A stretch of 64,000 nt of DNA, from NCBI GenBank assembly GCA_004764695.1, contig SMSO01000032.1, forward strand, positions 2,108,001 through 2,172,000, written 5' to 3'. Each line of letters opens with the position of its first letter. The stretch's first letter is position 1. The stretch comes from Schizochytrium sp. TIO01. Taxonomy: Eukaryota; Protista; Bigyra: Labyrinthulomycetes. Shown in pieces: positions 36,501-47,133 of this stretch. The notes under the pieces are model-generated. The model was not told where the DNA came from. It did not search any database and saw only the letters and a program-made list of their open reading frames with translations. The translations under genes and the position numbers were made by a program.

Positions 36501-37602
36501 GCCCAAAAAACGGACTTCAAGGCTAAGCCTAATCCAAAACTTTTTGGAGAAGCTTCTTGATGAAGCCCCACATGCTGCTAAGCATGCTAACACTCTTGAA
36601 CGGTATGGTGAGGTCTGGGTAGAAATTGCTTCGATCGGTCATGACGATTTACTCGAATGCGGGTCAACTCTCAATGTTCCAGCACATTTGATTCATTTGA
36701 GTCTTGGCGTGCGCAGTCCTGCCGACAAGGCTCCAGATGGCTCTGACTTGCCCTCAATTGGGATTCCTGAGGGATCAGCAGTGCCAAATATTACACCTTT
36801 GATTAAGGCAACACGGTTTTTTGCCAAATCATCATCGTTAGCACCACTTTCTCGTTTTATGTTAGGGTCTGAGGCGTTTCTTGCCTCGGTTTTCACTCTT
36901 TACTCTACTGGTGAAGAGGGGATGCAACAGCTCATCGAGTCTCACGTTGAACGCCGTCTTTTTGAACCAAGCTTAGTATTGCGTCGAGGCTTGGTTGAGA
37001 TTCGTGAAAATGCTGGCTTCTGTCAATATGCATCTAGCACATCATCTGGGGAGCGTCCTAAGAGAGCACATAGTGCTTATAATCTTCTATGCAAGATGGC
37101 CTCAACAACAGAAACGAACGAGGATCTAGTAGAGTATACACGCATTATTTGCGAAGCTCCACTTGCGGAGTTCAAAAAGACCACATCTGGTTCTTCAGGA
37201 ACTAATGGTCAAGAGGAAGAAGACTTTATCCAGATTCATGCCAAGGGTATAGTTGCTGGGCAAAGTGCTTTTGGTGTAAGCCAGTACTTAGTTTTTGTGA
37301 TTGCCGTATTTATTGAAATTCTAGATCAGAATTCTAGTTTTGCAAGTGCATGGTTGTCCGAGAACCTGGAAATTTGGGAGCCATTGTCACGTTGGCTTAA
37401 GCTGGTGTCTCCGCCTCATAGCAAGGGTTATATCCAGGGGTTTTCTGAGGGCTTCGTTGAGACCCTTGTAAGGAAGATGGCTGATTTTCGCCAGGAGCAT
37501 TTAACTGACATGGACCAGATTGAAGATGAAGGAACTCCTACTGAAAGTAGCACGAGTGACAAGGATGAGGTGAAGAGCAATGCCGAGTCTACATCAAATT
37601 AA
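27564..37602 (+). CDS. Giant ubiquitin-specific protease (USP9X/USP24/USP34-like) with RanBP2/NZF zinc fingers; exons 27564-29928 and 29990-37602 (~3,325 aa)
   Basis: N-terminal NZF WNCSACTFLN...CEIC; Cys box GLRNRGSTCYINSLLQ; QNDTSEF; His box GVLVHRGRAGGGHYYS; WFRFDD. A 61-nt intron 29929-29989 (GTGCGG...TTTTTCGCTGCAG) exactly restores frame between ORFs 27558..29945 and 29872..37602. Confidence 0.85.
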
Positions 37603-38428
37603 AATTTTAAGCTCTTAAGGGAGTTTTTTTTTTTCTTTTTTCTCTTCGTTCACGAGTGGTTTATCCTCTTACTTTACTTATTTCTCTTTTACATAAATCT
37701 CATACTTCTCGACAGCAGCTCTCGTAGGCCTAGTCAGAATTGTCTTGTCTGGGATCGAGCAAAACTGTTACCAGAATGAGAACTTCTTTTTTGTTTCACA
37801 TTTCAACCTTTCTCTTGGAAACTAATAAGGAAAATTGTCTTCAGGTTTATGCAAATGAGATATTTCAATTCTTTTCGTGCTGGGCCATTTTCACCAAATT
37901 TGCAAATATTGACTTGCTATTTCTCAGTTCCAACTTCCACGTTGGAGCCACGTTGGAAGACTAACCAAATGGGGGTTTGTATAGGTGTTTCTACATATTT
38001 AAAAAAAGGCTTTCCATTATAATTACTGTAGAAACACAAATCATTACTATGAAAGCTTTGCAAAATACACCCATTCTTTCTGGAGTCTTCTTATTAGGTA
38101 ATTGAACAATTAAAGAAGAAAAATTGAAAGAAAAGAAAAAATGTTGGATGGAGAGACGCTAGAAACGCTTATAATTAACTTTAGTAGCGCGTCGCAGTTC
38201 CTTTTGAGGTTGACTGATTGAGTGAATTGAATGTTACTATCCCAATCCGTGCTGTTACATTGCTACATTGCAGAACAGAACCACAACTCGCTTGCGTGAA
38301 ATTAGTCTTCACCAAGCGGAGATCATTTACTTGGACAAAGCTCAGGCAGCTGCCTTGCTTTGTTAACATCCGTTTATTATATTACAAACTTTTCTCTCTG
38401 TGTTGAATCACGAATCTCACCTTTGAAG

Positions 38429-39616
38429 ATGGCACGCTTCAACTGGAGAAAAGCGTTGCTCGTGACGGTCTTAGTTTTGGCGCTCGTCCAGGTGCTTGTG
38501 GGTATTGCGAATGGCCAGGACTCTACAAATCAGAATGCCAATGTTGCCGGGAATGCTGTTGCTCAAGTGCCAGAGGCGTCTTCACCAGGGGTCGGCGTTG
38601 ACGTTGACTCAAAGGCTTCGGAACAACTTGCAGCAGCAACTGAAGCAGCGCAAAAAGTAGTCGAGAGTGGCGAGGGTGCAGCCCTCAATGCAGAACAGGT
38701 CGATATGCTCGAGCGAGTTCTATTTGGCTTGCCTGAACCCGATGCAAGGCTTCCCACAACTGCAGAAAAGCGCAACTTAAGCCCTGAAGAGTACAAAAAC
38801 CTGTTGGCAAAGATATGGTCGAAGCGTCAAGAGGAAATTCGTAAAGCTATGGAGAGTATGGATGACGAAGGAGAGATTATGCGGAAGCTGGTGGGAATTA
38901 TCGGGAACGCCACAATGGACGAGGCTCCAACAGAGCTTTTGGATGCTCTTGCGGATGCAGAAGATTGGGTATCTGATCTCGATTATGCTTCTCATTTTGC
39001 CAAGCTTGGCGGAATTCATCAATGTGTTACACTCATGGCTAACCACAAAGACACTGAAGTGCGAACATTAGCTGCATTCACGTTGGGTAGTGCTATCAAA
39101 AACAATGCCGCCCTTCAGGATCTTGCATTGGAAATTGGGGTTGTTCCTTTCCTTGATTCTCATCTTAAACAGACTTTGCTTCCCTGCGCTGGATCTGACA
39201 AGTTGCAGGCACGCGAGTGCGGTAAGATGATGTATGCACTGAGTTCATTGGTTCGCGGGCATATCTCAAGTCAGGCACAGGTCATCTCCTCTGGGCTACT
39301 AGACACTTTAACGACAATGCTTGCTCAGCCAAATTTAGATACGCGGATGCTCATCAAAGTTTCCGCGTTGGTCTACGACAGTTTCACAGAATGGCCAACA
39401 TGCCCGGCGCAGTGGTCTGTTAATGGTACGGAAAGCACATTGTGTTTAAATTTGGAACAACAGGCTCTGAATGTGTTGCAAAGTATTCCGAAGGCTCGTT
39501 CGGAGGCGTTGGTAATGCAAGCTAAATCCAAGTTGCGTCAGGCACTTGAGGCTGCAGGATGTCAATCAACGAAACTCCCAGAGTCCTTCTTCCTTGTGGA
39601 TGCAAAGGAGCTCTAA
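38429..39616 (+). CDS. SIL1: ER Hsp70 (BiP) nucleotide-exchange factor, SIL1/HspBP1-like
   Basis: ATG at 38429, signal peptide, L..LED.VSDLDYA.HF.KLGG and AAFTLGSAIKNN ARM-fold motifs, KDEL-like C-terminus DAKEL. Confidence 0.8.
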   Translation: MARFNWRKALLVTVLVLALVQVLVGIANGQDSTNQNANVAGNAVAQVPEASSPGVGVDVDSKASEQLAAATEAAQKVVESGEGAALNAEQVDMLERVLFGLPEPDARLPTTAEKRNLSPEEYKNLLAKIWSKRQEEIRKAMESMDDEGEIMRKLVGIIGNATMDEAPTELLDALADAEDWVSDLDYASHFAKLGGIHQCVTLMANHKDTEVRTLAAFTLGSAIKNNAALQDLALEIGVVPFLDSHLKQTLLPCAGSDKLQARECGKMMYALSSLVRGHISSQAQVISSGLLDTLTTMLAQPNLDTRMLIKVSALVYDSFTEWPTCPAQWSVNGTESTLCLNLEQQALNVLQSIPKARSEALVMQAKSKLRQALEAAGCQSTKLPESFFLVDAKEL

Positions 39617-39952
39617 CCAATGAGTCCACTCCTCTGAATGTTCTCGACTGAGTTTAGGCGCATCGTGCCTCCTTCTCTCATTTGGTGGCGTGAACGTAGC
39701 AGCCTTTGTACTATGACCTAAATTGTTTCGAATGAATTGTCATTAGGGTATTTACCAACAATAGCTCAGGAAATAAGAGCATTTATATATCTAATCGACG
39801 AGCAGGTTAGAGGCGTTGATAATAGAAACAATATTTAAAAAATAAAAACTGAAAATCTTAAAGGAAATATCACAACTTCCACTAAACATGAAACAAATTA
39901 TCTTTATCTCTGAAATGGCGGTCGTAGAGCCTAAGATTAGAGCAAATGTATG

Positions 39953-41503
39953 TCAAGCATATTCTGTAAATGTAATCCATTCATCTTCTTCAGTTTCGAC
40001 AATACGGTCGTATTGATAACACGTTGTTTGTGTGAAGCCAGAACTTGCGCCACATGCCTCATAGCCAATACTATCATCACCAAAAACAGTGCCAATTGTT
40101 GAAGAGTCATAGTATGGCGTGAAGTCATCATCTTCATCAATTGGTGCTACATCAACTACTTTAAACTTTGTAGTGTCGATATAGAAACTGGCATTTTGAA
40201 TTGCAGCATTCCGAGCAGCTTTAAGAGCTGTGTCGTGTAGGGTTTCATGATTTCGATGACTCGGGTGGTTTTGAACAGCCAAAAGCATCCCCCCGTCAGA
40301 CATTGTCAAGTAGCTAATGCCATTTGAATATACCATATCCTTTGACATATCTGAATCATATGAGTGAAAATGGATAACATAGAGAGGAAGGACCTGAAAG
40401 TCATTCCCAACAACACAGAAGTCAGCGGCATCATAAACAAGTTCGTTGGACTCCAATCCCTTCAATACGGCGCATACAAAGAGGCGATTTCCAAGGAACT
40501 CGCCATCGTATGAGTCAGCTCTACAGTAACTAATTGAGGTTTCTGGATGCTTGCCGAGATAGATTCCATGCCCATACGCTGCTCCGTTTCGAATTTTTAC
40601 GCCGCGCTTGCCTGGCGGGATTAGGCCAGTGCGAACAATACTAGATGCCGCGGAGGTGGCAGTGCCATGAAACATTACTTCAGGCTCAGCCATCTCAGCT
40701 TTCTTTCCTTTGGTAGGGTCATATCTCGATACAAGTTCGTTTCGATATTTGTCGAATTTGGCGGCAATATCGAGACGCATGATGCATTCGATTTTCATTA
40801 TGGCAATATAACTCGGAAGTCTTCGAAAGAGATCATGAATAGAAATGAAGTCGGATACAAGAGGAAGGTTTGCTTCTTCGATGAGTTGTGTAGAAATGGT
40901 ACCCGCATGATAGACATCAAAGTCTGCATTGGCTGGCATACTTTCCAACTTAAAGCCTTCAGAATCAGGTACGTATATAATGTCATTGTGGATCGTGTCA
41001 TCGGGAAGCTCTTTGTGAAGAAGATCGAGAATTTGTTTGCCCCTTTGCGAGATGAACAAGGCATTACTTTGAGCCATGACTTGTGCATTTTGCTCGATAG
41101 CTGTAAGAATGAATTCACGAGCCATGTCAACGATCTGGAGGATCATTGGCTGACCAAGTTGCGTAGCAGCCAGGTTCAGAGCATCTGTGTACAACTGGTC
41201 CGCTTGAACCTGTTTGAGGTAGCCATGCGCATCCACCTGCATGCTAGGCAAAGAGAATGGATACAGCGGGGGCAGCTCAATATGTAGCATAATTGCATCT
41301 TCACATACTCGTTGAAGCGCATTGCTTTGAACGAGAATATTGAGCTTCCGCAACATCTTAGCGTCAGACCCTAGGACAGCTCCCGTGTTCTCTGCACACA
41401 TTTCCTCGCCTAAAACGGCATCCAGGACTTGCAACTCCATATCCGTGAGTTCCGCCGCCTCCAAAAACTTTGGAAGATCCTCAGGAACTAAGGAACTCGC
41501 CAT
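39953..41503 (-). CDS. RWD-domain + PARP-like (ART) catalytic domain protein
   Basis: RWD: ELQVLDAV...LPPLYPFSLP...GQPMILQIV. ART: FHGT...GAAYGHGIYLG...SISYC...LFVCAVL...QVLPLYVI. Confidence 0.8.
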   Translation of the reverse strand: MASSLVPEDLPKFLEAAELTDMELQVLDAVLGEEMCAENTGAVLGSDAKMLRKLNILVQSNALQRVCEDAIMLHIELPPLYPFSLPSMQVDAHGYLKQVQADQLYTDALNLAATQLGQPMILQIVDMAREFILTAIEQNAQVMAQSNALFISQRGKQILDLLHKELPDDTIHNDIIYVPDSEGFKLESMPANADFDVYHAGTISTQLIEEANLPLVSDFISIHDLFRRLPSYIAIMKIECIMRLDIAAKFDKYRNELVSRYDPTKGKKAEMAEPEVMFHGTATSAASSIVRTGLIPPGKRGVKIRNGAAYGHGIYLGKHPETSISYCRADSYDGEFLGNRLFVCAVLKGLESNELVYDAADFCVVGNDFQVLPLYVIHFHSYDSDMSKDMVYSNGISYLTMSDGGMLLAVQNHPSHRNHETLHDTALKAARNAAIQNASFYIDTTKFKVVDVAPIDEDDDFTPYYDSSTIGTVFGDDSIGYEACGASSGFTQTTCYQYDRIVETEEDEWITFTEYA

Positions 41504-42683
41504 GATTGTGTAAGTTATTAGCCTTGTTTTTCTGTTGAGGCTACAAGTGCAATCGTTTCTTTCCCTTTGCTATGAACCTGTCACTCACTATGCTTGTCGG
41601 CAACTGAAGCCTGTTCAACAAAAGTCCTCATCGCTGTCAAAATCGAGTTTTGCCTGAAACCCACACCTCATCTAAGATCCGGAAAGCGCACAGAAAGAAA
41701 TCATATCGATCCTGAGACGTTCCCCAATCGTTCTGAGAACCTATTGCTGTACTACTACTTACTACACAGGTGCGCGATGTGTTGTCAAAACTGTAGCTTT
41801 TCTAGATACGTCTAAGTTTTCCACGCCCCCCTCGGTGGCGTTGTCCACTTCAACAGGCCGGGTTTGCTTGCCCTTCTGGACTACCAAGGTTCACCGCAAG
41901 CTTGCACTTTGGCTCTGTGAAAACAACTACAGTGTTATCCTTTTGCATAAATTTGAGCCCTCAAAACGTTACCAAGAGGGTCCAAAATCAAGACAGCTCA
42001 CATGATGTGTCCTTCGTTGGCTTCTGTCACGCGCTCACTCACAAAGCCGAGCTTTTCCTCTGTCAGTGGTGTGAACTGATTATTCGTCGAGAGGACTTCT
42101 CTTCAACACACGCAATGCAGTGCATGAGGTCCCAAGCACGACAAGCTCGGAACCTCCGAGGCTTTCAAGTGCCCCCTCCCCGCAAAAAATGCAAACACGT
42201 TGCCGGTCGTGGTATCCACGCCGCTAGATGCATCCTTGCGCTACCTATCCAAGAACAAGAACATGGTTGAGAATTGTCTTTGAGTCTAATTCGCAATTTG
42301 CCCCACTTTGTCCCAATAGGAAATGCAAATTTTGCACATTCAAGAGGCGAATTAATTACCAGGTTGCTAAGAGGGGCTAATAGTACTTGCTAGGTCTTGA
42401 TTCCATTGGTCGCGTTCTTTTTAGCGTTCTATATTGATCTCCGTTTCCAAGGCAGTTGGTTGTTCTGTTCTAGGGTGTTCTATTAGTGTTCCATTTCGTC
42501 GTACCTGGTGGTCACTCATTCCTTCGTTGATTTCCTCAAGACGGCGCCCGCTCATCAAACACATCTCGCGGGTGGCAAGGAGAGCACAAGAACTCTGATA
42601 GCGTGTACCGCACCTCCGTGCGCGTTTCCTCTGCCTACGTGGGTGCTTCTTGGGCTTCTTTCGTGCGCTTTAAAACTAGCTAA

Positions 42684-43532
42684 ATGAGCGGTCGTGGTCG
42701 CGGAGGTCGCGGTGGAGGTCGTGGCGGTGGCGGGTTTTTAGATGGTATGCAGACGCCTCGACCCCCGTTTGAGCCTCCTGCGACGTACCCAGCTCGCAAG
42801 CGTCGCTGGCGTAGCCAGCATGAAGACTGGCGCCTGAGGTTCCTCTCTCAGGAACAGCGCGACGCCTTCTTGCAAACCCGTGGTGGCGAGGACACCGCTC
42901 AAAACGCGGCAGCGAGTCAAGCTGTCTCGTCGTACTCAGTCGTGGATCCATCCCAAAATGGGAACGGCAGCAGCGAAAATGAGGATCAGCTTCCGTCAGA
43001 GGTAACCAAGATGGTTGCGGACCAATGGGAACGCGTGCACTGGGACGTGGACTTCAAGGAGCGTCTCAAGAGCTCTACAACAAACCTACACGTGCCTAAC
43101 ACCACCAAGGAAGTTGAGACGTGGGATGCTATGATGCATGCCAAGTTCGAGATGGGTTGCACAGATATTGCCACTACGCTTACCAGACCGCTTTCACTGC
43201 TTTACGTGCCGGGCGAGCTGGCACCGGCCTGTGTGCCCAAGACGGATGAGTTTGGCAACCTTATCAGCTTGGCGAAGGCAACTCCGGCGACAAGAGGTCA
43301 CAACCCGAACAAAAGAAAGGCGGTCAATGTGCTCGCAAGGATGGAGGCCAGGGAGGCGAAGGACCCTGGTCCCAAGCCAGAAAGGAAGAACTCAGCAGAC
43401 GAGGAAGCAGAAGGATCCTCTGCAGGCGAAGAAGAGGTCTCTGACGATGGTGACTACGGCCTCCACCATGTGGATGATGATGACGATGACTTTAATGATG
43501 TTGGTGATGATGACGACGAGGCCGCCTTCTGA
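42684..43532 (+). CDS. POLR3G: RNA polymerase III subunit RPC31/RPC7-like
   Basis: GRG-rich N-terminus, PP..YP, central .PGEL and an acidic tail with DY...DDDDEAAF, matching RPC31 family organisation. Confidence 0.7.
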   Translation: MSGRGRGGRGGGRGGGGFLDGMQTPRPPFEPPATYPARKRRWRSQHEDWRLRFLSQEQRDAFLQTRGGEDTAQNAAASQAVSSYSVVDPSQNGNGSSENEDQLPSEVTKMVADQWERVHWDVDFKERLKSSTTNLHVPNTTKEVETWDAMMHAKFEMGCTDIATTLTRPLSLLYVPGELAPACVPKTDEFGNLISLAKATPATRGHNPNKRKAVNVLARMEAREAKDPGPKPERKNSADEEAEGSSAGEEEVSDDGDYGLHHVDDDDDDFNDVGDDDDEAAF

Positions 43533-44447
43533 GCAAGCGGAGTGTATGGCTAAATCCTTGATTGTGCATCATTAGCTCTTCTCCATCCTTACTTAATGTG
43601 TGAAGTTAGAGATTGACAGAGAAACAGCGGTCAGATATATCAGAATCCGTTTCTGATGATTTATAATTTGTCGCTGGCTAGTTGATCTCTAGAAGGATTC
43701 AACAATCTGCTCTTCATTTACTCTTGCTAATTGACAGCAGCAGCAGCAGCAGCAGCAGAGGTGTACCTACGTCTGAACTCATTGTAAGACCAGCTGATGC
43801 GACTCATGCTCATCTGTTGATGCAGCGACTCTTTGGCTTGCGCGTATATTTTCAAGTTCAGAAGTGAAGCATGCTCGAGCCTCGCAATATGGGTTTTGGT
43901 GGTTGGTTGACTGGCAGTTTACGTATGCAGGAAGAATATAATATCTCTCTTGTAATGTTGCTGTATATGCGAATAGACCAGCAAGAAAAGCTCCTTTTGA
44001 GCTTCCCGGTCTCTACCTGTTATACATTAGGGCTAACTTCATTCTCTTGGAGGGATTGAGCGCCCTTGAAACCCAACTTACGGATTTTTTTACTAGACAG
44101 ACATCCGTAGGTGTCTCGACAGACAGGTCTATGACCGAATACTTGAGAGAAGCGACACATGCTGCTCTTCTCAACGAGTTTTATTGAGACAGCCTAACAT
44201 CTCTGTGCTAGTTTCAGTTTGCTTATGCAGAACCGTGAAGCACGGACCCCTTGATTGGCACAGAGAAAATCTGTGGCTGATCTTAATTTAACTCGAGGAG
44301 GGGGTAACTTCCCCCCTCTACCCTCTCATTTCATCAGACCACGGATCAACGATAAACGTAGTTGAGACCCTTGTCTGCTTTGCTGTTTTAAAGGGAAGCC
44401 TCACTAGCTGAAGCCCGGATGCGTGGAGTGAGCTCATTACGTGGTAG
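43533..44447 (+). ncRNA. Highly structured RNA region (long 3' UTR of RPC31 or separate ncRNA)
   Basis: At least 10 helices, most with plus-strand G-U pairs, e.g. 43607-17/43681-91, 43772-79/43855-62, 43922-30/43961-69, 44200-13/44253-66, 44270-81/44333-45. Confidence 0.5.
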
Positions 44448-45911
44448 TTCTGTGACAAATACAGTGAAGTTTTATCGCATACCCCTCTCGTTATCTTTTC
44501 ACCCTATTTTAATTAAAGCAACAATACCTAAACTTCAAAACTAGATTTTTTTTTAAATTAAAAAAAAAAGAAACACCTACATGATAGATACCTTTATGTT
44601 TACAGGCAGCCTTTCATAGACAGCTGTACTAGATCTTGTCAATATGAAGACTACTTAATTTCGAGAAGCATCGAGAAAAGGAGTGCACTTCACATAAGCT
44701 TCTCTGTAAAGGTCGATCTGGAGTGAGCCATAGATATAATTCATTTATTGTCTTGCCCGTCTTAAGACTCAGCATTTGCAAAGGCATCGTTGAAATGTAT
44801 GTCTAGGTCTCGGTCGCGCCGTCTTCACGCTTGTCGTTATATCGTTTCTCCCCAAAGCAAAGCAGAAGGCGTGTTGTGCGCCAAGTCCATGAGGAGGCCA
44901 GCCATGGCACGCCTTGGGGGATACTTTTTGCATCTCTTCAACCCAACTACAGATGTTGTCCTCCCTTTGCATTACAACCAAGTCTCCGCGGATCTCCAGA
45001 CAGGGCCAGTCTTTCATGGAGATCCAGCTCGCCAAGCGACCGTTGCGAGAAATCAGCCCCCTCCATCTATTCAGTATCCTTGCCCAAGAATCCAAGAACC
45101 CAAGCAAGATCGTCGCTGTTCTTTCACATCGCTGGCGACCGCACCAACGGCATCACCAACTACAAACTGCGTGCCTCCGAGATCCATCCAACGGCTGCTC
45201 GAACCAAATTGCGCTCCCCCATCGCGGTCTTCTTTCTTGGCTGCCTCAGCCTTTCCCGCAAAAGGAGCGAGAGCTAGCTAGCTAGCGAGCTCATCATCGT
45301 ATCGTTGGTTGCATCTTCTTCTGCAGGACCCTCAATTAAATCCGTTATCCCCTTCATTCATTGCACCTCTCAACGGCCGCTCTCGCAAGCTCGAGATTCT
45401 TGGCGAGATGGGTGGAGGAGACTAGGGTGTCTGTCTGTCCTCTCACGTGCTTTGCGTTCGCTCGTGCCTCAATGAGCAGATCCTGTGCACATGCGCATTG
45501 GCTGGCTCGTCTCCGCCTCCCTGGGGCTCTTTCCGGCAAGCACCTGCCTCGCCTTCTGCAGACAGACCCGCAAGAATCGATCTGTATCCATCATACATCC
45601 ATCCATCTGTCGGTCTGTGCGTGCCTCGGCGGACATGGATCTCGTTCTTCCCCGCCGTTATTCCATCCTCGAGATACATAATGCCTTCGCGAGCGCCGCA
45701 ATCGACGGCTCAAAGAGCGCTCTCATCGCGGTCCAACTGTTGCCCATCGCCGACCAATGAACTCCTCCAATCCGTAACTGACGATCGGCCAAGCAGCAGC
45801 AACATCAGGCTTTCCAAAACTTGGCTTCGCTTTCGAAGTCTTCGCTTTCGAAGTCTTCGCGTTGCTTCGCATCGCGAGATACTGCGTCAACTTCAAATCA
45901 GTCGTCGAGGC

Positions 45912-45956
45912 CAAGCAAGCCAAGCAAGCCAAGCAAGCCAAGCAAGCCAAGCAAGC
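45912..45956. repeat. (CAAGCAAGC)n tandem repeat
   Basis: About five 9-bp units. Confidence 0.9.
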
Positions 45957-46955
45957 TCCAGTCAGCTCAGTCGGTCAGTCGGTCAGTCCTCGGGCTCGCA
46001 TTTCGCAGCCTTCGCCGCCGTCGCTGCGCGAGCTGGCTGCTGCCGGAGGCGCTCTGCTGCTGCTCGGTTGGCTTCTGCTGCAGCCGCTTCTCGAAGCTGC
46101 AGAAGGGCGAATGCATCCAATCCCAAAGCATTCATTCATTCATTTCTCTCCTCCTCATCCCAATTCGTCCCAGCGCAGGACTCCGCGGAGCAGGAATTAA
46201 CTACTAACCGCCATAATAATAACAACAACAGCAGAGGAGTTTCAAATTCAAAAAGATAACAGACAGACAGACCAAGACCATCGTTCAGTCAAGCTCAAAC
46301 TTGCTTGTTTACTTACCTTATTTTGCAATTCCGCCGCGTCCGTCCTGAACACGCAGAAAAAGCAGTCGAGCGGCCAAACTTACTTTTGCAATTTCGTCGC
46401 TGGTGCTCCAAAACTGATCATTAACGAACGACTCGTTATTATTTTCATACCTATTTATTGTTTTAATCTTGATCTTGTTTTATATATGTATTGTTATTGT
46501 TGTTATTTTTATTTTAAAATAAAATAAAATAAAATAAAAGTATTTAATTTAATTTGTATCTTTTAAAAATAAATCAGAAATAAACAAAATAAAATAAAAT
46601 AGAACAAAAAACGTGTCCTCTCTAAGACTCACTTACCCACCAAGTCAAGCTTTGGTAGTCCTACTATAACTAACTAACTAACTAACTACCTATGCGACCT
46701 TTAACAGTCCCAGTCGTTAGTACGTAATTTGGCAATTGCGCAGCATTTGGGAAGATACGCGAAGAAGCCTCATATTCTCGCTAACCCTTCCAGGAAAGCG
46801 ACGGGAGATGGAACTGAGCACAATGTACTGCATTTCGAGAGCAGGGCTGCAATAAGAAGTGCGTGGACGCGGATCTGCTCGATGTCTGCGTCCTGGACTC
46901 TCGAAGAAGACGCCGCCAAGGGTTCCTCCGCTCAGCGGGGCTTTTCCCTTTCATC

Positions 46956-47133
46956 GCATTGCATTACATTGCATTACATTGCATTGCATTGCATTGCATT
47001 GCATTGCATTACATTGCATTGCATTACATTGCATTGCATTGCATTACATTGCATTGCATTACATTGCATTACATAGCATTGCATTGCATTGTATTACACT
47101 GCATTGCATTATATCAATTGCATCGCATTGCAT
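46956..47133. repeat. (GCATT/ACATT)n pentanucleotide array
   Basis: Visible array; explains the spurious 'HCIAL' ORFs. Confidence 0.95.

Noticed and set aside
44193-44198. CCTAAC as a telomerase RNA template within the structured region
   Set aside because: Only 6 nt, too short for a repeat plus alignment region, and no pseudoknot was identified.
43770-44447. Assignment to RNase P/MRP, U snRNA, SRP, TPP or cobalamin riboswitch, or H/ACA cluster
   Set aside because: The conserved boxes are absent or wrongly spaced; only isolated short resemblances were seen.
44410-44452. Group II intron domain V-like text (AGCCCGGATGCG...ACGTGGTAGTTCTG)
   Set aside because: The lower stem does not pair properly, and there is no GUGYG 5' end or domain VI.
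44914-45285. LSHRW motif reminiscent of HET-like domains
   Set aside because: A single short motif with a non-ATG start and no other support.
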